Assembly (NCBI RefSeq): GCF_006345805.1
Contig: NW_021836988.1
Location: 1 to 22,237 of the forward strand
DNA: 22,237 bases
Source of the DNA: Octopus sinensis
Lineage: Eukaryota
Reading direction: 5' to 3'
Numbering within the stretch: position 1 is the first letter of the stretch; each line of letters opens with the position of its first letter. The notes under the pieces were generated by a model. That model did not search any database, was not told the DNA's origin, and saw only the letters and a program-made list of their open reading frames with translations. The position numbers and the translations under genes are program-made. Below are positions 19,200 to 22,237 of the stretch, one piece after another.

Positions 19200-21580
19200 A
19201 AGGTGCAGTTCTCTGTTTTTGCTGACTAAATTTCAAGAAAGGACAGGATCGGTGAGCATCAAACGAGATGCTTTCAAGAGTCTTCTTAAAAACAGTTGAC
19301 TGAAAATAAGCTTGTAAATAATTAAAAAATTGGATTTTTGATAGCTTTCTGCTTTCATTGGCAAGAGTTGAGATAGGTCGTTTTATATGCGTATCCAACT
19401 CTGTCAACTGTGTTTTAATCGTCATTTCCAAACCTCTTTTAATTGGGAGTATAGAGTTTTTCAATAAATTATTTATTTTGTACTCCCTAACAGTGTCATT
19501 TTATTTGGCCTCCTATTTGTTGCATGCTCTTTTACTTTCTAGTATATTGTGAATAATCCAAAAACTTGAATAAGTAAATATTAATTATATAATCTTCTCC
19601 ATCAGAAGTAGCGACTTCCTCTTTTCCTTTCGAGGTGCTGACAAACACTGGAGATGTTGTAATCACTCTTATTTGGTGATAAATCTCCTTTATTCTTCTT
19701 TTCAGTAAAGAGTCTTCCCTACGGTTTAACTTTGCTCCTATAAGAAGCAATCATCCTCTCAAGAGTTTTCTTTATAGTAAGTGATTGTATGTATGCATGT
19801 GTTCTCTCACTGATATAAAGCAAACGTAGATATTGTAAGCATTTCTGCATGAAGAATCGAAAAAACTTCTTTTGCAGACACCACTTCGGTGTTTTAAGTC
19901 CATAAGGAATCCAAGAAGCATAAGTTCACATAAAACAAAAATTGAGCTCAATCGTCTTCCAAAATTGTTACGGGAAAAGTATAATCTTTGTTTGTTGGCT
20001 GGTCGAAAGTGCATCTTGTATTCTATTAATTTTGCTCGGATTCTATCGTCCACCATTTCATATTCAAATGGCACAATATCAACTAGTCCAATGTAATATT
20101 TTTACAGTCAAAGAGGGTGTTCATTAATTGCTTTGACCAGATTCACTCCATTCAGTTTTGTATTTGCTAGCCTTTTAATTCCCGTGATTACTTCTTTGTA
20201 TTTGCTAACCTTTTAAATCGAGGATTATTTTCAGGATTTCCAGTTTAACTTTCAAGTACTCCCAGATACTTATATCAATCAATTTTGTCAAAAACTTTTA
20301 CCTCCGTTGTTAACAATGCAGTGTTCACGGTTGATTTTTACAGATTTTTCTCCAGCCCAGCTGCACGGAAATAGCGATTCACCTTTTCCATCATTGGAAC
20401 AGTAACATCCTCATTTTTGAGACGTTTAAGTCATCGATTAAGAGAAAATGATTAAATGAATGAATTTTTTATTAAAACGGAAAAGCCGAAAAAATAGAGA
20501 GAAAGTTAATGAGACAACGTATGCCTGTTCTCCGTTGTTTCCCTCTTTTTTTTAATTCGAGAGGAAAAGGCTCTCTCAATAACACTTCCAACCGTTTCCG
20601 TCCCGTCTTCCATCTCTTGAGGGATGGGTTGGTCTAGCTGGAGTCCATTTGCCAATTTGATGGCATATCGTCTCGTCTTTTCGATCTTAGTGATAATGCC
20701 ATCCCTCTCAGCAGTAGGGTACCATCCCTCGAACCGGTAGGTAAGCAATGGTTCGACGCATGTTTTATAAACATATAAAAACGTTTCCGGACAAAGCTGG
20801 AAGTGAATTATGCTTCTGAGAATTTGAGCGCATTTCCTTCTCCTTGAGTCGATGTATCTGAAGTAAGAGCCCTTGGATCCAACTTCAACCCCAAGGTATT
20901 TCAGGTTCTCCGTTGCTGTAAACCCATAGAGGTTTCTCGGGGGTTTTCGTTTAGCTCCCTGTTTTGCAATCCAAGTGGCGGTGCACTTTTCTTTTGCGAG
21001 CGTCAGTCCTTTTGAAATGCACCACTCTTCGACTCTTGTCACGTATCCTTTTAATTTCCTCCACGAGATGTCTTTTCCCACAAAGCATCCGTTATTAGTA
21101 TGTCGTCCGCGTAGATCATGAGACGACTGGTAGGATCTTTCAGTTTTGGAATATCAGCAACGTAAATATTAAAAAGCAGAGGGCTCAATACCGAGCCTTG
21201 AGGTACCACTCTTTTAAGATCGACAGATTCCGACAAACGGTTTCCGCTATGACCTCCTCATTGATAAATAGGTCTTCAGCCAATTGACCGTTCTAGACCC
21301 GGGTTTGATTTTGGCGACACTTTCCAAGAGGCCCAGGTGCCATACGCTGTCAAAAGCTTTTGAGACATCGAGGCAGATAGCAATAGTCGCTGTATTGTTA
21401 GCAAGACTAAGCGAGATGACTTTCTCGAGTTCTCCGAAACAATCACCACAGGATCTTTTTCGTCGGAATCCCCACTGCTCCGCTGCAAATGCTTTTTGTT
21501 GCAGCTACAATGATTCCCAGTTGAATGAATGAATGAGAAAATGATTTGTTGAGAACAACGGACTAACTTAAAATAATATT
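19200..21580 (-). mobile_element. Decayed RLE-type (R4/Dong-like) element interrupted by a nested LINE
   Basis: STNHFL|LIDDL (RT motif split by the insertion), AGLEKN, YKYLG, KLNGVNLVKAINEH, RLYFSRNNFGR, and C-terminal STVFKKTLESISFD. A 38-bp internal duplication lies at 20159-20215. Confidence 0.75.
20454..21534 (-). mobile_element. 5'-truncated Jockey/I-group-like LINE (RT domain), nested, with 12-bp TSD
   Basis: QWGFR..LDVSKAFDSVWHLGLL..PQGSVLSPLLFNIY.ADIP..YADD..KYLGVE. The 3' end has AATAAA plus (ATTC)n. TSD GAGAAAATGATT at 20442-20453 and 21535-21546. Confidence 0.85.
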
Positions 21581-21647
21581 TACTTAACGATTGCTTATTT
21601 AATCAAAATGTAAATTTTAATCGGAATAAATCCACACCAATAATTAT

Positions 21648-22018
21648 TTAGCGATAGTTATAATTCGGGTGATTGATGACTCGTGTGTGCATGAAAAATG
21701 TAGTAATAAGCATTCCAATCATAAAGAACCCGAGTATGACCGCAGTCGCAATTTTATAAGGAAGAAATTTGTCGTAAGTCTAACAGTACAAATAAGTAGA
21801 AAAACATAAACTGTCGAATTTGATTGTTCACATTTCATAAAAACCAAAAATAATGTTACAATAAGAGATGATAAAAATAAAAGAAAAGATGTATTTCTAT
21901 ATTAGTTAAATATTGAAAACAACCTTATTTTTGTATTGTTGAAGTGTGCAGCTAATAGAGCAGTTAGAATTGTCAGACTCCAAACAACAACAATTATTTG
22001 TAGGCCTATTCCAACCAT
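21648..22018 (-). CDS. Orphan small multi-pass membrane protein (at least 103 aa); 5' end uncertain
   Basis: GT-AG introns at 21897-21923 (27 nt) and 21780-21811 (32 nt) join three open exons, each with one hydrophobic segment (MVGIGLQIIVVVWSLTILTALLA; SFLLFLSSLIVTLFLVFM; IATAVILGFFMIGMLITTFF). The frame stays open ~60 nt upstream of the ATG. Confidence 0.55.
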
Positions 22019-22237
22019 TATATATAACCAATGGAAACATGATTTAAAGTGCCAGTTATTGAATCGCTGAATTATTAATAACTAATTTAAATATTCTGCT
22101 AGTTTATGTAAATTCAAATTAAATAAAAAATTGATGTTTCTAGTTTTTTTAAGATTAAAAAAAGAAAGATTTCTTAGAAGTACATTATCACTTTCTTTGC
22201 CAATATCTATACCATTTTCAGTTCAATTCTGACATTT

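Noticed and set aside
19100-19200. Displaced first SMYD exon beyond the RTE fragment
   Set aside because: No GRG-type motif in any minus-strand frame there, and the sequence more likely belongs to TE tails.

Overview
Eukaryotic, AT-rich, probably metazoan nuclear DNA read in the standard genetic code, split into three zones. (1) About 1-12.6 kb is a transposon graveyard: several lineages of CRE-like non-LTR retrotransposons (RT plus restriction-like endonuclease), including a 2.9-kb copy with an N-terminal PHD-finger remnant. It also holds fragments of a second RLE-type (R4/Dong-like) family, pogo/Tigger-like ends, a (GTCT)n plus ~94-bp tandem-array element that ends in a CRE-like 3' tail, and a Helitron 3' end. 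(2) 12.67-18.15 kb holds five co-directional minus-strand host genes (SMYD, TIGAR-like, ORC5, PEN-2, TRMT10). I rebuilt them by hand-splicing 24 tiny introns (22-38 nt, mean ~26), so the ORF track misses them as whole genes. Such introns resemble those described for dicyemid mesozoans (inference). (3) 18.2-21.6 kb holds RTE, R4-like and nested Jockey/I-like LINE fragments, followed by a small orphan membrane-protein gene. No rRNA, tRNA or CRISPR was recognised. All family calls come from recalled motifs and no database search was run. TE boundaries are approximate unless a TSD is given.
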